DNA from: Phaeosaccion multiseriatum
Taxonomy: Eukaryota > Protista > Ochrophyta, other classes
Assembly (NCBI GenBank): GCA_965112735.1
Contig: OZ218953.1
Span: forward strand, 3,968,001 to 4,032,000
DNA: 64,000 nt
Direction: 5' to 3'
The position numbers and the translations under genes are program-made. Below are positions 1 through 17,909 of the stretch, one piece after another (the stretch's first letter is position 1; each line of letters starts with the position of its first letter). Under the pieces are notes generated by a model. That model saw only the letters and a program-made list of their open reading frames with translations, had not been told where the DNA came from and made no database searches.

Positions 1-765
<765 letters not shown>

Positions 766-1089
766 CAAGAGAGTTGGGGGAATCCTGGCTGGCACTCTTG
801 TTGCTTGGCCCTGAAGGTGCCACTGGCTGCCTGGGCCAGGTTGAGGGAATCTACAGCGAGATCAGCGGCCATGTCTTCGAGAAAGGAATGCTGCGAAACG
901 GAGTATCGTATCTGGATCGACTCCTTCGTGAAAGGTGCCTCGCAGTCATGGTGGCCGCTGCTGCCCCCCCCGGGGATGGAATATCTCTCTTTAACTTACA
1001 TCATTACGAGTAGGTCGGCAATAGAAATAACCTTACTCAACAGACTGGGTGTAGCTAGCAAATATCCAGACATTGAAGGAAGAAGCTAG

Positions 1090-2509
1090 CTAATGGGGGC
1101 AGGAATGAGGAGAGTGAAAGCCGCTGGGTGCTGCCGCCGCCTGCCTGTGCAGCGGTATCACCAGCTGCCGCTGCTGCCCTTCCCGCTCAGCAACACCCAG
1201 AAGCCTCTCTCCCGTTTTGGCGAGCAGTGCGAAGAATAGCACTCCACCCACCACGATGGCCGCACTCGTTACGGTCAGGTGCGCGGGTGTATCGGTGCTG
1301 CGGCTGCTCCAGGGCCGGACAACAATCAAGGCCCCCACCAGCTGGGCCAGATCGGTCACGTAGATGGCCGAGGCGAGGGTCAGGCGGTGGAAGTGACTGC
1401 CCACGAGGGCTCCCAGCGGGGCGCCCAGGACCACCACGGGCACGCAAACGACAAAGAAGCTCCAGGCGTCGCTGGCCACGCCCTCCATGCCAAACTCGCG
1501 GTAGGCGAAGCCAATCATGGTGTTTCCGGCCATGAGTAGCACGCTGGTCGGGGTGGCAATCTTCTCGGACACACGGAAGAGCAGCGTGAGGCAGGCGAAG
1601 GAGCAAATGTCCAGACCGCTGCCGCTCATGGCGCTGAAAATGCCACCCAAGAAGCCGAAGGCGAGCAGCACGAGCCCCCTCCACCAGTTGGCGGGGAGAT
1701 TGTAGGCGCGGCCTTGCCAGCAGGGGATGCCATCGAAGACTGCCCTGCCGTGCAGCTTGTTGAGCCAGTACAGGCTGGCGGCAAAGGCGGCCCAGATGCA
1801 CACAAAGTACATTTTGGAGTACGGGGCCGTGAGCTGGGGGGCCACATGCTCCAGACCGAACACGATGCCCGCAGCGCCCCCGAGGGTGCCGTACAGCAAG
1901 GCGCGGCTCTCGATGCGCACGCCCATGATGAGGATGGTGACGGACGCCGCCGTCATGCCGGCACTCTGCGGGCAGCGAGCGAGGGAGGGAGGGACGGAGG
2001 GAGAAGACCGCTGACATTAGCAACTGCACTGTTTGAGGGAACGAGCCCAGTAGCAGCGAGCAACACCGACGCTGGCTGTACCTGGATCATGTAGCTGAAG
2101 TCTCTTGCCGTGCCTGGCGCGATGCCAAAGAGCAGTGTCATGACGGGAAACGCCACCGCGGCCCCACCCTCGCTCGTGGCCCCCGCCACCATGGAGCCGA
2201 ACACCATGGTCACGGTCAGGTACCAATTGGGGATGTCCTTCTCGCCGGAGGTGTCCGAGAAGACGCTCCACACGCCGCCGTCGTCACGCTGGGTGGTGAA
2301 AATGTAGGCCCACCAACAGGCGTGGGCGATCACCGCAGGTAGGGACATGGCCAGGAGGCGCCGGTGTCGCGCTAACCACGATGCGTTTGGGTCGGCCTTC
2401 GCGTTCTTAACGTTCGTCTGCAGGCTTTGCCCCTCCCAGAAATACTTCACGCACCACGCCGCCACGGCCTCGTGGAGCCCACCCCCCCCCTCGGTCCAGC
2501 TGCTGCATC

Positions 2510-2560
<51 letters not shown>

Positions 2561-2582
2561 CAGCGCTGCCCTCTCTGTCCAT
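1090..2582 (-). CDS. TauE/SafE (sulfite exporter family) multi-pass membrane protein, 2 exons
   Basis: Exon 1 is 2582-2082 and exon 2 is 1965-1090, joined by GT-AG intron 2081-1966 to give MIQ|SAGMTAAS. Family-like motifs: TMVFGSMVAGATSEGGAAVAFPVMT, GGIFSAMSGSGLD, EKIATPTSVLLMAGNT, PVVVLGAPLG. Many hydrophobic helices. Confidence 0.85.
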
Positions 2583-3644
2583 ACTCGCTCTCGCTCGCAC
2601 TCCTCTTGGGTTGTTGAATCTTCCTCCACGGAAGCACTCGGCTTCATTCTTTCTGCCGGCACCTCATCACCGCCACCGTGCGATAGAAAGAAGAAGTCCT
2701 TAGCAATCCGCGCTTCGCCGCTCCGAGCCACACTCTTTCCCAGGTTGGTGTATTGTTGGGTTTCCCCTCCTCCCTCCTAAACAAGCAACCTTCTTGCTTG
2801 AAGAAGGACTGGCCCCCCTCGCCGCCCCTGTTGGTGGGCTAGTGCTAGCTAGTGTGCGAGGTTCGCGATTTCCCCCTGACCCCTCTGCCCCCCACCTCTC
2901 CTGCCTCTCCTCGCCTTCCTCTCTTCCCCAAGTTGCCCACGTCGCACGGAAGAAAGCCTGAGAAATCCTCCAACTCGGCTCCTAGCACACTCTGCTTGCG
3001 CGGGGGTGGGCACGCAAGCGTTGTCTCCGCCTTGTTTGCTTGTGGACGCCTCCCTGGTCCTTCTCTTGTCTCTATTGATTGCTGAGCACACGTTCCAAGC
3101 CAGTGCGTTGCAGAGCTTCCCTCTCTCTCCAAGCCTGAGAAATCCACTCAGCTCCTCCCGCACATTTTCGTACTGTTTTTTTATTCATTTTTAAATTTTT
3201 ATTCTTCTTTACATGCCTGCCAAGCCATTCGGGGCTCCGAAAAAGTTTCTTTACCTGCCTCCTGCCAAGCCATTTGTCTGCCACGGGTTTAATCCTCGAA
3301 CACGTCAGTTCGAAGCAAAGCAAGGGACGCAGTGAATGCCTGTATGCCTGAATGCCTGCGAATGCCTGATCTCCCGCGCGTGGATTGACCGCTGAAGACC
3401 CACAGCCAACCGGCGTCTGATTCCCCCCATAGCATGCGTGCAGAGACTGCCAATTTCAGGTGTCCGGGCTCCCCAACAACAATGTGGGTGGGCGAGTGGT
3501 TTATTAATTTTAATAAACACCTTAGCTGACGGCCCTGATGCACCGTACTGTTCCATGGCGAAGGATACCAAAAGTGCTACCGCGCCGGGTCATAATTGAT
3601 GACCCCTTTTTCCCCTACTTCGTCACCCGGCACCCCGTAGGTAC

Positions 3645-3803
3645 GATATGCTGCTGCTGCTGCTGTCCCAGCAACTGTTGAGGCTCCTGCTGTATCACCA
3701 ATTCATGCGGATGAGACCGGGATCGGTGGCCGAGGGGCTGGTTGTGCCGTTAGCTATAGCCGCTGCCTAGGGGACGGACGGGGTAGGGACGACAGTTGGT
3801 GAC

Positions 3804-3868
<65 letters not shown>

Positions 3869-4152
3869 TAGCAGCTAGCAGCAACAGTTGGTCATACAGC
3901 AGCAGTTGGTGATACAGCAGCGGCATTGGTTGCTGATATTAGTTACTTCTAGGCCTCACAGATGGCACCAAGGGGGCCTCTCTCTCTGCAGCAGCTGTTG
4001 GTGATGCAGGGGTAGAAGTTAATGATACAGCAGCGGAAGGAGCGACAACCACTGACGAAGTAAAGTAGTGTCCACCCCTCGGAACCCGTATGGCGTGGCG
4101 AGCAGCGGCAAGGTTCCATCACAGCCGCACTAGCTATCCGTAAGGTTCCATC
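3645..4152 (+). pseudogene. Degenerate inverted partial copy of the large low-complexity exon of the RAD18-like gene
   Basis: 3650-3785 aligns by eye to the reverse complement of ~17100-17240. 4076-4125 (ccctcggaacccgtatggcgtggcgagcagcggcaagg) matches the reverse complement of ~16650-16690. Confidence 0.85.
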
Positions 4153-8520
<4,368 letters not shown>

Positions 8521-8935
8521 GCCCAGCACTAAGATTCGTCGCTCATGCACGCACGCACAGCACCGATTTTGGCGGGAGGAAGGGGGTCAGGAGATTTTGG
8601 GTGAAAAGAGGAAGGTATACAGAGGAAGCGGGGGTCGGGGCGGCCAGGAGTGTATATGTGTAGAGCAGAGGCTTGAGAACATTCTAAGGAGGCGACAAAC
8701 CTTGCTACAGCACCTCCTCTGCAGTCCAATATAACTGAGCTTGCTAAGACACATGCACTTAAGAAAGAGGGGGCTGAAACGACACGTTTATTTATTTGTT
8801 CACATAGTACAGTAAATGTGATCACGGCACAAGGCACAAGAACAGAAAAAGTATAATGACCTGGTCGGCAGTCAGGGACGTCTCGCTTGGTGTGCGGACG
8901 GCACGCACAGCATTGGCTCCGCTCCGTGGCTGGTC

Positions 8936-9462
8936 TCAGAAGTTGAGGTCAGAGAAGGGCACCGCCACAAGCCTCCCCAGCCTCGTGAAGCGCAGCAACC
9001 ACAGGAGTGGCAGAGAGGTCCAGAAGCGGAAGAGGGCGCCCAGAAGGAGCTCGGCGACTTGCTGTAGCATGTATTCGATGGGCCACACGACCCCCGGATC
9101 GGCCTGAAACACAGACTGTACACAGCACCGACGAGAGGCAGGGTTTGTTGCTTAGGTCAAGGGGCGGGTCGCGCGTGCAGGCAGCGAATCACAAAGCGGG
9201 ACCAATAGACTTACAAGGGCTAGGGAGGGGCATGCACCGGGTCCGCGGAGCCTGTAGGCAGCAGACTGGAAGGGGCCAAACATCATGTAGTACCACGCGA
9301 CGGGGTGTGTGAAGAACAGCCTCAGCATGTTGGGCTGGCAGCCGATCTCTTCTCGGGCGATGGCGTTGGCGAAGACCATGGTGATCTGCGAGAGTATGAG
9401 CAGCACGCAAGTCGAATGAATGTATCGGCGCAGTCAGGGCGGGGAAGCAAGGCAAAGGGAGC

Positions 9463-9496
<34 letters not shown>

Positions 9497-12400
9497 GCCA
9501 GGTCAAAGAGGGTGTAGAAGCAAGTGTGGAAAGTATCGCGCTCGGTCTGGCTGCCCTCTCGAAGTCAGTCGTAGCTACACCCCCAGACCGACCTTGGTGG
9601 GCCACTTGCCGACCATCTGCCCCTTGTGCTGCGAAACAAGGCGCTTCATTTCCTGCTTCTCGGGCAGACGGCGCTTGCCACTCGCCACAAGCGCAACCCA
9701 ACGAGCCTGCATCTCAATGCCGAACATGATGGAGCCCACCGCCTGGACGGGTGAACAACAAACGCGAGCAGGCAGGATGGAAGAAGGAACAAGAAGCAAG
9801 CATGTGGTGGGTGTGAGGAATTATTGGCGCGGCTCGCGGTCGGCCCGGCCGGGCCAGTCCAGTCCAGCAGCGACGGCTCACACGCACCCCTCTTGCGAAG
9901 CCAACGAAGGCCATGTCGGGCAGGTCGGGGTGAAAGGTGAGCCGGTAGCGGTCGCAGTTGTCGTGCGACTGGATCATGACATTGCTTCCGCAGCTGCGAG
10001 CGCTTGCTGGGCCTTTCGAAGGGCAAGAGACGAGAGGTGTCTCCTCCTTAAGCTCTTCTTGCTGGTAGTAGCACGGTTGCACACGAGGCAGGAGGTCAGG
10101 GGGCGCAGCCAGGCAGGGGTTGCAGATATTGAGTTGCTACGTCAAGAAGAGCTACCACACTAATGCAGGACTGTACGCAGGCAGTGGTAAAGAAGCAGAA
10201 CACCCCGTGCTTACGTGCTCGACGGTCTCGACGGTGGGAGGGCAGAGGAAAGGCCACACAGTCGTGTATCCTGTGGCGTTGACGATATGCTCCACCTGCT
10301 CACAGAGTAGAGGGGACAGCGCAGTGGGACGAGACTGTTTGTTAGTAGCGAGCGCGCAACACCTGGGGCGCCGCGCTCGGGCCTGGGGCACACGCACCTC
10401 GTCGATGAAAGTGCCATCACTTAGCACGACCACCTTGTTCCTGTCTTGCGTTCTGTAGATGCGGCTGACGTCCGTGGAGTGGAGCTTCACCTTGCCTTGG
10501 CTCCACGCGTCCACGATGGGCGCCGTCTTGGTGACCTGCCCCCGAGTGATGCCCCAGGCCGCCTTGGGGTGCAGCAGGCTCACCTGTACGTAGTAATCAT
10601 GGCAGCAGAGAGTGTCCTTGCTTGTTGGCTGGACTGTGCAAGCAGTTCTCTTCGGCACATGCTCTTTTGCTTGGACTGGCTGGGCGCCGGACTCACCTTG
10701 ATAAACAACTGCCACCACTCCTGGGTCCAGTTGTCAGTGTAGGGGACGCCCTCCGAGAGCGTCTGGTCCGATGAAACAGGAGATCAGATTAGAGTAAGGA
10801 CAAGGAGAGGAAGCAAATAAGGGGGGAATAGTAAGGCGACATCGCGGAGAAGCTCACCTTGCCGAAGCACGAGTCCAGGCCGAGGAGGCGCCGCCCAAAC
10901 CACTCGAGCGGTCCGTATGGCACTACCTGGCTCATGAGCTTCAGTGTGCGCATGAGCTGGGGGCAGGAGAGAATTGCCATGGAGAGCTTGTGGTCTGGAG
11001 CGATATCCGTACCAAAGGTGTTGCGTGGAATGATGACCAAAGGAGAGCGAACCACGATATGCACCTCCTTGGCGCTCTTGGCAATGGTGGCCGCTGCGTA
11101 AAAGACGCGGTGGAGAGAGAGGGGAAGACCAAGGACGGGGGGGCGGGGGCGGGGCAGGCAGGGTTAGCTATGGGGAGGAATTGAGAACAAGCAAGAAAGA
11201 CACGACAACCAAGCAAAGGCCTGAGAGAGCGCAAGGAAGAAGTCGCTCAAGGCGGGCGGTCCGGCCCCGCCTCGCCCCTTCTACCTCCTGGAGCACACAC
11301 CTGAATCGCTTGCGCTCTCTCCCAATCCGATGACCACCACCTTCTTCCCCGTGTACAGGTCTTGGTCGACAGATGAGAAGCAGGAGCTCGTGTGGGAGGT
11401 AGATTCCGCACGCAATAGGGGGGGAACGCCTGTGTCGCAGGCGCCCGGAAGGTCGCTCTCACCCATGACCTTGTACTGTGCACATTCAGCATTCGTTACG
11501 GAGCGAGCGAGGAGCAAGCGAGAGAGAATATTGAGTGAGGACGAGATTTTGCTTGGCTGCCACAGGAATGCGCCCCCCCGCCGCCCAGGAAACAAGTACG
11601 TACCGTGTCGTCGACTGCCTTGGAGGTCTGATTGAGGCCGGTACACACGACGACAAAGTCAAAGAACTCGCTCTCTTCTCCGTCCGACACGCTGTGCGCA
11701 GGAGGTCGGGGACTCGTCTCCGTGTAGTACGACACCCGCCACGAGGAGGGCGTGCTGCTGCTACTGCTGCCAATGGCACCGCTGGGCTTGGCGCTTCTTT
11801 CGACGTTCGTGACAGTGGCTCCGTGCTTGAACACCTGGTCCACCTTGAAGTGCTTGGCGTAGCCGAGGAGATACTTTCGGTACTCCTCTTCCGTAAAGTG
11901 GGTTGGATAGTCTTTGTTTTTCGGCGTTCTCTTACATGCCCCTCCCTGCGAAACAAGGAAGTGAAAGAAGACCAGTGGGAGGGGCGGGAACAGGTTTGTG
12001 AGCACCACACGGCGAAAAACACCCAGGTAGCCTTGCTTGTACTAGTACACGTCATGTCATACCTCCATGGGAAAGTCCCCGAAAGCGCTGTTGGAGCGGC
12101 TCGACGAGGAGAGGGTTGCCCCGGTTGTGCGCTTGCTGGCCGCGTCGCCCTCGTTCCACGCCCCGCCCAGCACGGACGAAGTCTCAAAGCCGACGACGTC
12201 GTGACCCTCCGCGAGCATCTCTTTAGCGGCCAAAATTCCCGCGGTGCCGCCCCCGAGCACCGCGACTCTGCACTTCCTCAGAGGGTGGGCGACCACCGCC
12301 TTGTCAGACGCGTGCATGTCCGACCAGTTGCGCATCACCAGCACCATCGTAACGCAGGCCACGCTCCCGGCTGCGGCGACTAGGTGTGCTGTTCCTCCAT

Positions 12401-12719
12401 ACGTATCGCCGGCCCAAAAAGAGAGGAGAGCAAATGGTCCTAGGCAAATGGCGAGCGCGAAGAAGAGGGTGCACAAGTAGTTGATGCGGTAGAGGCAGAG
12501 CCACAGGAAGCGGTTGAATCCGAGCGCGATGTTGTTGAGATAAGGGAACACGCGAAGAAGCTGGACTGCGCCAAAGGAGGCAGCAGTGGCGAATGCGAGA
12601 AAAGCGGGCGAGAGGCCAGTTAACAGCACCGTTTTTGCGGCCACAAGGTAGATCAAGCTACCAGCGAGGGCCCAGCTGGTCACCAAGTAGCCGACGAAGA
12701 GAGCGAGACCGTAGTGCAT
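8936..12719 (-). CDS. Flavin-containing monooxygenase (class B FMO) with N-terminal transmembrane extension, ~11 exons
   Basis: FAD motif VAVLGGGTAG; VVVCTG; NADPH motif KKVVVIGLGESASD; NATGY; FVGFARG; EMQARW; YRLRGPGA. GT-AG introns traced in frame, e.g. 12062-11946, 11603-11476, 11300-11094, 10857-10763. Stop TGA at 8938-8936. Confidence 0.88.
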
Positions 12720-12929
12720 CCTTCCCTCTGCTTTATGAGCAAGCTCTTGTTGTGGGGGGGGGGGGAGCTCGCGTCGGCTTTTTTCTCTCTCTCTCTCCCA
12801 CGCGCAATAGGTTGAATTCTTGGCAAAAATTGTGGAGGGCTCCCGGCCTTGTGTGCGTAAGGCAAACGAAAGACGCTAAGCCCTGTTCCTTGAGGAGGGG
12901 AAGTGCTTTGCGCTTCAAAAGAAATTAAA

Positions 12930-14090
12930 AGATGACGCCAAAGTGCGGAGATTGCGGCAAATCGTGCAATAATGGCTTGGCAGACCGGTAAAGAAGAATT
13001 GAAGATCTATTGAAGGGACCGGCAAGCAGGTTAAAGAAGGATAAAAAAATTTACAAGAGTTGTTGAAAAGGTTTAGAAGGCGAAAACTTGAAAAAAAAGT
13101 GATGAAGAGTCGGTCCCTCAACCCCGCAACAAGACCACAGCAACTTGCTTCAATAATGGCAGGTAAAGAAGGAAGCAAGGAAGTTAGGGATATCATCACA
13201 GCGTGCCTGACGCAGTTGCTGTGAAAACCTCTCTATCACCCAGTTGCTTTAGCTCTCTCTTGTGAAAGGGAATTAGTTTTCGTGATGGCGGGTGCGTGCG
13301 AGGCCGTGGTGGAAACCATGGTGCAGCACGCAGGGGACAGAGATGTCCAAGCGTCGGCGTGCGCGACTGTTTGGATTCTGAGCGATAAAAACGAGGCCAA
13401 CAGGAGGAGACTTGCCGAAGCGGGTGCGTGCGAGGCGGTGGTGGCAGCCATGGTGCAGCACGCAGGGGACAGAGGTGTCCAAGGGTCGGCATGCGCGGCT
13501 GTTGGAAGTCTGAGCAATGAGAACGAGGCCAACAGGAAGAGATTTGCCGAAGCGGGTGCGTGCGAAGCCGTGGTTGCAGCCATGGTGCACCACGCGAAGG
13601 ACAGAAGTGTCCAAGGTTCGGCATGTGCGGCTGTTGGGAGTCTGAGCAATGAGAACGAGGCCAACAGGAGGAGGTTTTCCGAAGCGGGTGCGTGCGAGGC
13701 CGTAGTGGCAGCCATGATGCAGCACGCAGGGGACAGACGTGTCCAAGAGTCGGCATGCGAGGCTGTTCGGAACCTGAGCGATGAAAACGAGGCCAACAGA
13801 AGAAGATTTGCCGAAGCGGGTGCGCGCGAGGCCGTGGTGGCAGCCATGATGCAGCACGTAGGGGACGGTAAAGCCCAAAGGGCGCATGCCATGCTCGTGG
13901 GAAACTGAGATAGGAAAACGAGGCCAACAGCCATGGCTGAGGAGATTTGCCGAAGCGGGTGCGTGCGAGTGCGAAGCTTGGTGGCAGCCATGGCTGGTGC
14001 ACCATGCACGGGGCAGAGGTGTCAAGAAGGGTCGACGACATGCAGCAGATGGGCATGCAATGCTGGGCACTGCTCGGAATGTGGGCGACG
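12930..14090 (+). pseudogene. Armadillo-repeat protein pseudogene (42-aa / 126-bp tandem repeats)
   Basis: About 5 near-identical repeats AGACEAVVAAMxQHAGDRxVQxSACxAVxxLSxENEANRRRFAE at 13288-13900. Frameshifted, decayed repeats follow at 13870-14060, and in-frame stops lie upstream at 12970-13225. Confidence 0.75.
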
Positions 14091-14649
14091 AAAGCGGGTC
14101 ATGAAAACGGGGCCAGCCAGCCAGAGCGTGCAGCTCTTCAGCACTTGGAGCAGGTCTTCGCTCGCTCCGTAAGCAACTAACCTCGCCGTGCTGGTGGGCT
14201 GGGTTCTCGGAGGAACATCGGTGGTTCGTCTCAACAATCGCCTTACCTCGGCGAGGAGGGTGAGCAAATGTGGCGGTAGCATAGCCTCGAAGGGATTGAG
14301 AGGGTTTGGGTCTGGCTGTGTGAGACAAATTGTATATAATACCGTGTGTGTGTGTGTGGCTGTGTGTTGAGAGTCATATACGGTGTGTGTGTGTGTGTGG
14401 CTGGTTGCCCGCACACAGATTGTCTCGGCAAGGGGGGATCTGTGGCGGAGCTGGGAAGGGCTCAATTACGTAATCATGATGTAGGCAGTGTCCATAAGTC
14501 AATGGGCGGGGGTCGACAGCGCCCTTCCTCCTTAATACCATTGGTTTTATCACCTCTCGCAGCCAACTCTCCACTTTGACGAAAACTCGATAGTTCTCAG
14601 CTTTTTGCCTTGTCAGTCACGGAGTAGTGCTCCTGCTACACGCACCCGC

Positions 14650-14651
<2 letters not shown>

Positions 14652-14687
<36 letters not shown>

Positions 14688-14701
14688 ACACACACACACA
14701 C
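14652..14701. repeat. (CA)n microsatellite
   Basis: Directly visible. Confidence 0.95.
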
Positions 14702-15954
14702 TCAACATGGACATCATTCTCCAATAGCATAGCCAGTACACTAAGTTACGACGGCAGCCACTACCGATTGCGCTTGCCCTCCCATTGTGCGCTCAATCGA
14801 CACACACAGCCACGAACGCGCACACGAGCTGTCCAGTTCCAGTTGGAGGGGAGTAGTAGTAAGAAGGGGCGCTGTGACAGGAGGAAGAAGAGGTAAAGCC
14901 ATGATGGCGATGCGGATGTTAGGGGAGGGCGGGGCGGCTGCCTGCCTGTGCCTTAACAACAGACCGCAGAACCCCAGCAGTACTGTGTCTGATGCAGTGC
15001 CAGGGCACCCCCCCTCGGTCAGTACCCCAAGAAGCAGCCTGAGGAAAGGAGGCTTTTAAAACACCTCTCTTGAGTGCCGTAACTTCAAACTTACAAGCGT
15101 GCTTTCTACGGAATCTCTCCCCCTACGTTAGAGAGAGTCAATGCTTTGAAGAGAGTATCAGCAAGGCTTGCTTTCATTTCATCAGTTACCGTAATTGCCC
15201 AAGGACCACTCTACCCGCGATCGAAGAAACGAAGAACGAAGCACAAACTGTGAGTCTCATCGGATCGACAAGTCAAGGGGGGCTAATAACGTACAGCATT
15301 AGCCCCCCTTGGACAAGTGCTCCTTTGAAGGAGCCAAGACTGTCACGAACGCGTTGCTCCCGTCTCCCTCCTACTCCCATGCATCTTGCAAAGCCGATGG
15401 ATGACCATCCCTGGGCCTTAGAGGGTTCCGAGTGTTGCCAGTGTTGCCAGTGTTGCTTTTCTCTCTCCTCTCCTCCCGAAGTCTCTACTTTGGAGTCAGG
15501 GCCGTACTCTGTCGCTAACTAGGGCCCCCTGCTCATCTCTACCTCAGCGCTGGCGCTCGGCGGGAGGGCAGGAGGGGGGAGGCAGCCGCTGGGCAGAGGC
15601 AAATGCGAAGGCGCGAGTGGAGAAGGAGAAGAGGAAGAGGAGGAAGAAGAAGAAGAGGAAGAAGAACAAGAAGAAGCAGAAGATGTGGGAGGCGTGGCCG
15701 CCGTCGCCTGGGGGGACGAGAAGCTGAGATGCTTTTGGGCACCCACGCCTCCACCCACACCCACACCCCCACCCGCACCCGCACCCGCACCCACACTCTT
15801 GAGTTTGAGCTTTGATGCCTTGCCAGTGGACTTGGGTTTCCTTCTCGGCGTGCCACAGATTTCGCAGTTTTTGCTTGTCAGGGGGTTGTGGAGGGTGCAG
15901 GTGGTACAATCCCAGTGGAGGACTGCTTCGATTGTTTGCGATAAGAGTCAAGAA

Positions 15955-16220
15955 AGGAAGAGAGGGAGAGGGAAGGGGAGGGAGAGGGAAGGGGAGGGAG
16001 AGGGAAGGGGAGGGAGAGGGAGGGAGAGAGCGAGAGGGAGGGAGAGGGAAGGGGAGGGAGAGGGAAGGGAAGGGAGAGGGAGGGGGAGGGAGGAGAGGGA
16101 GAGAGAGGGCGAGAGAGAGAGCGAGGGACGGAGAGAAAAGGGTTCGAGTGTGAGGTACAGGCGAGAAGAAGGGCAGGAGAAGGAGGAAGGGCAGGGGCAG
16201 TAGGAGGAGAAGGGAGGAGG
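15955..16220. repeat. Polypurine (GA/GGGA) low-complexity tract in the last intron of the RAD18-like gene
   Basis: Almost exclusively A/G on the + strand. Confidence 0.9.
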
Positions 16221-17909
16221 GCCTTTCGACCACACGGCGGGCACACGATACACAACACACTCAACACGTACACCCAACACGCGCACCTACGCCTACCTAC
16301 CTGGACGCGGAGACGGGTCCACTGAAGAATCTGCCGCATCCCTGCTGCTCGAGGCATCTCCCAACGTCATGTCAATCACTTCCGCCACACACCCTCCCCC
16401 CCCCCCTCCTCCTCCCTCCTCTCTTCCGGCTGCTGTACCACCACCAGCTGCGGCTGCTGTTGCTGCACTTGCCAAAATGGCCTCTTTCTGGGCAAGAAGA
16501 CGCTGCAGAATCGGCGGATGCTTGTCGCAGGGCATGGCAGTGGATGGCGGCAGTGGATGAGGAACAATCGCTTCATGCTTGCGCTCTCTGCCGGGCTGCT
16601 GTATCACCAACTGCCCCTCTTGCTGGTACGGATTGTGCGGCTGCCGTGGAGCCTTGCCGCTGCTCGTCACGCCATACGGGTTCCGAGGGTTGGTCGTGGC
16701 TTCCTCAGTGGTGGTTGTCGCTCCTTCCTCTGCCTTATCACCAACTGCTATCCCTGCATCACCAACAGCTACTACTGTTTCAGCCAATGCCGCTGCTGTA
16801 TCACCAACTTTTGCTGTTCTTTCACCACCTGCTGCTGTTTCACCAACTGTTGCTGCTACTGCTGCTGTATCACCAACTGCTACTACTGTTGCTGGTGCTG
16901 CTGTATCACCAACTGCCGCCCTATGAGCCTTATGAGGTTGTGAGCCGTGCAAATGCGAGTTCCCTGCGCTGTGCAAGTCAAGCCTGGGAGAGCGCTCATC
17001 TCCTTCGCCAGACACAGGCATAGCAGTTCGTGATACAGAGCTAGAGCTGCCCACGCCTGCCTCATCTACAGCAAGCTGGTGATACAGAGCTGGGCGCCCC
17101 TACCCCGTCCGTCCCCTGGGCAGCGGCCCTAAAGGCACAACTAGCCCCCTGGCCACCGAGCCCGATCTCATCGGCAGAAGTTGGTGATACAGCAGGAGCA
17201 TCAGCAGTAGTTGGTGGTGCAGCAGCAGCAGCAGCACTCGCAAGGCGTCGCTTCTTTCCCTCTGCGATGAGTCTGCTGACCCTCCGAGCATCTCCTGGGG
17301 AATGCTCGGCAGAGCCTCACCTGTAGGCACACTGGGGAGTGGAAGGAGGGAGGGAGGGGGGTGGGGATGGCAGTAGACAGACGGGCCAAGATAAGGGCCA
17401 AGATAAGGAGCAACAGGCGGACGGCAGGAGATGGAGGGGAGAGACAAGAGCAAAGAGGGTATGAGAGAGGAGCCCATAGAACCGAACAAGAGGGCATGGC
17501 AAGACGCAGTGATGAAAGACGGCAGAAGCCCCCCCCACTCTCTCCCTCCTTCCCTCCTTCCCCCCCTCCCTCCCCTCCCCCCCCCACCCACCTGCGTTTG
17601 AAGGCTGCCTCACTCCTGCGGCTCCTGTCATCCATCTCCTCCTGCTGGGCAACTCTGCGCAGCACCTCCTTGCGAGTGCAGCGGTCGGACTCCACCTGAG
17701 CGAGCGAGAGAAGACACAGCAGAGCACGAGGAGGAAGACAAGGAGGAGAGGTCAGGACAAGAGTGTTCACGAGAAGTGACCGAACCGACACAAATGACAG
17801 AGCAGAAGGAGGGAAGGAGGAGAGGACACGACGAGAGAGAGAGAAAGACACAGCAGCGGGAGGAAGGAAGGGGGACGACGAGTGGGAGCGGCGCAAGACA
17901 CACAGCCCA

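Noticed and set aside
774-1089. Short ORFs after the first GACA array
   Set aside because: No recognisable motifs or consistent splice structure.
3583-3632. Hairpin gggtcat-aattg-atgaccc followed by a T run (terminator or ncRNA-like)
   Set aside because: Only a 7-bp stem, expected by chance; no recognisable tRNA or snRNA features.
17300-17325. Third in-frame TGA suggesting UGA recoding or an alternative genetic code
   Set aside because: An upstream acceptor plus a 1-nt deletion (EMLGG[F]SRLIAE) explains it better, and TGA is used as a normal stop in the FMO, FAM210-like, COG8 and PFK genes.
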